From Catajapyx aquilonaris (Eukaryota): a DNA stretch of 64,000 nt. Below, piece by piece: positions 49,830 to 64,000 of the stretch (positions are counted from its first letter, which is position 1; each line of letters begins with the position of its first letter). The stretch covers positions 1 through 64,000 of the forward strand of contig JYFJ02001672.1 in the NCBI GenBank assembly GCA_000934665.2, written 5' to 3'. Position numbers and translations under genes: made by a program. The notes below the pieces were generated by a model. The model did not search any database. It worked only from the letters and a program-made list of their open reading frames with translations, and had not been told where the DNA came from.

Positions 49830-52461
49830 ACATACAGTGGGTTTATCTATCTTTATTACCACTTACAGATCTGTACATCATCATTCAGCACAGAGCGGAT
49901 AGCAATAAATATAGTAATTTATATTTGCTTCAATAAATAAATAAATGCAATAATATCTAAGATATAATATACCACAGCACCTAATATACATGTACGCAGA
50001 ATATCTGGTAACGATGGTCCTGTGTTCTTTTTTTTCTTTAAACCTGTTGTTCTTTTCCACAGCAACAAATGCACAGCAGCAAAAGCAGTAATCAAGGATG
50101 CAATTGGTAGTACATGGCTCTTTCTGATAAGGGAATACAATTTATAATGACTTTCAACTGGCCCAAAACCAATTGTACATTGCTTCTTCATGATGTACGA
50201 GGATTCATCTCGTACAACTCCAGCTGTCCCTGGTGACTAGTTTTGCTTTTATGTAAAATGGAAATAAATAATACGCAGCTATCAAAATTAAATCCTGTTA
50301 GTGTCAGCAAATTAATGTGATCAGTGTCATGAAATAAAATGAAAGGAGGGAAGGGAACCTAATCAGATATTTTATAAATCCTATTGCAAAAGTTACGTGT
50401 GTATATGACTTGTGCACCACTTGCATATGATTCAGCTCACCTGTCCACACTAACACTGTCTATTTTTTTTTTTGTATCTCATTCTGACACAATTGGCTGC
50501 TTGGGAATTTAAATGTGTTTATAAAATACGAAAACGCTTTCAGCTACCTGAGACAAACTGAAAATAACCTTACAAGTCACAACCACCCCTAATGTCACCC
50601 CAAACTGTTCAACACCATTGGGGAGACTGAGAAAATTTTTTCTGACTGAAAGAAATCACTTACTGTTTCCACTTTTTTTTGTCTCCACAAACCAAATATG
50701 TTGCTCATAAATTGTGACAACACATGATTGTTAACATATCACAGAAATACTTTGCAGGCTGAGGGATATCTATACGTATATATACTTTGGTCGCTTGCAA
50801 GGAACTGAAGATATCACTAAGATAACTAATAATAAATAAATAAATAACACTTGGTGTTACCACACATATTAAATGTGTGCAAAAATTGGTGAACATAACT
50901 TGACATAGACATTTTTGCCAAGACATAGGAAGTGAGATTCACGCCTCACTCATGATTGGCCTCCATGTATAAATACTTGTGCACTAAAGCATAGCTTGCT
51001 TACAAATCATATGTAATAAAATTATATAATCATATAGTTCTTCGACATATGAAAACAACGGAGTCCCTCTCCTATCACATTCAATAAAGATGCCAACTAA
51101 TTAATTTTGTTCACTATACAGTAACAATACCCCCTAAGAAAGTTTTTTTAACTATATTTTGACAGCAAGTTAGAAAACCAAAACATTTTTATATCTTTTC
51201 CAGTTTTGATTTCCCTTGATGTACCAAAGCGACTTTATAATGGGCGCATAAAAAGCAAATCAAATCTTTTTTAGGGCTAGCATTTTCCAGAGAGTGACTT
51301 TAAGAAACACGCACACACTGTACACAACAATTTGCTTCCCTTAGTTTTGGGCGTTTTAAGTTCATGGATTGAATTGCAAAAATTTTGCTCTGATTAGATT
51401 ACTGAGAGAATTGAAAGGAGAGACAAATAGATTCTTACAAATAGTGTTTGGATTGGAAGCGATTGAACATTGGATTGCAAATCATGCAACTTTTTTGACC
51501 ACTTCCCCACAAACATTCACCAAAAAGCAACACCACATTATTTTGAGATATACTGTATGAACTGTCGCCTGAGTATCAGTAATTAGGAATTTACTGCATA
51601 AACTGGGTAGATGGTTCTGCATGCGATCAATTCACTGTTGCTAATTGTCTTTTAAATTCCACAAGAATGTTGTTTCCATTCACAATTTCCAGTTGTTTTT
51701 CTGCTGACTACGCACTTCTAGAAAGTTAGTTTCCTCACACAAAATGATGGAATGTGCTAAAATAATAAGGCTAACAATCGTAAGTAAAACCGACCATCTA
51801 CCCAGTCTGTACTATCCCTGCCTGCTTCAAACATTCGTTGGGGATAGAAAAATAGCCCAAGCGACAACAAATTAAAAGTGTGTGTGTGTGTGTGTCTGTG
51901 TGAAAGCGAGGAGTGTGGTGTGAAAGGCAATCTGTTTTGATCCAGTATTGACTTGGGACCCTATCAATATGGCATCCCACATACTAGGTCACCACAGATG
52001 TCTCGGCAATTCGACGATCACAATATTTATAATACACCCCTGCTACCCTCATTTATATATTTTACACGCACCAAAAAAAGCCAGACCCATTTTTTTCCAC
52101 ACATACGTAAACAATTGATTAAAATCACAGTGAGTTATTACACCACTGCTTGTGAGAGACATTTGGCATTGACGTCTGGGATTACTATTTACGGTGACTA
52201 TGTACCACATCTATTTTTCTTCTTTGTGGGTTTTTCTTGCCTCAAACCCACGATCAAGTCTGTGTTATCCTCTTTTTTGCGTCACTTGCAAGCATATCAG
52301 TCGCATTCGCAACATCTGACAAATTCTCATACGTACAGATTCTTCTGCAGTTAACCAGTAGTAAGTAGCAGCGCAGTAGTATTATTAGTAATAGTAGTAT
52401 AAGTAGGAGGAGTAGTAGCAGCAGTAGTGCAGGGTTAGAGAGTAGAAGTGTTGGCTAACTT
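49830..52461 (-). other. Probable long (~2.6 kb) unc-104 3' UTR
   Basis: AU-rich non-coding stretch after the stop, with (CTA)n-like and (CA)n tracts. AATAAA on - at 49857-49852. The true end is uncertain. Confidence 0.5.

Positions 52462-64000
<11,539 letters not shown>

Overview
Eukaryotic, intron-containing arthropod DNA, pancrustacean and probably hexapod (inferred from the Tweedle protein, the insect-type proctolin precursor and insect-type unc-104 exons). There is no prokaryotic operon or CRISPR array. The left ~31 kb is CpG-rich and gene-sparse. It holds a Tweedle/DUF243 cuticle gene (+), a Pro/Tyr/Gln-rich secreted protein (+) and a spliced proctolin neuropeptide gene (-) that the ORF track misses, with a candidate TATA promoter and non-coding exon ~11 kb upstream. 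The right ~33 kb is visibly CpG-depleted and compact. It holds TRAPPC11/gryzun (-), a head-to-head CCDC83/DUF4515-like coiled-coil gene (+), an Acl4-like TPR gene (-) and the 3' part of kinesin-3 unc-104/KIF1A (-), which has a tandemly duplicated 138-nt exon and candidate micro-exons. Many short non-autonomous mobile elements are present: three tRNA-derived SINE families, several MITEs and a Helitron. Several are nested with readable target-site duplications, including a four-layer nest at 28.3-29.5 kb. All gene models were spliced by eye using GT-AG sites and reading-frame continuity. Family names come from recalled motifs, not from database searches.
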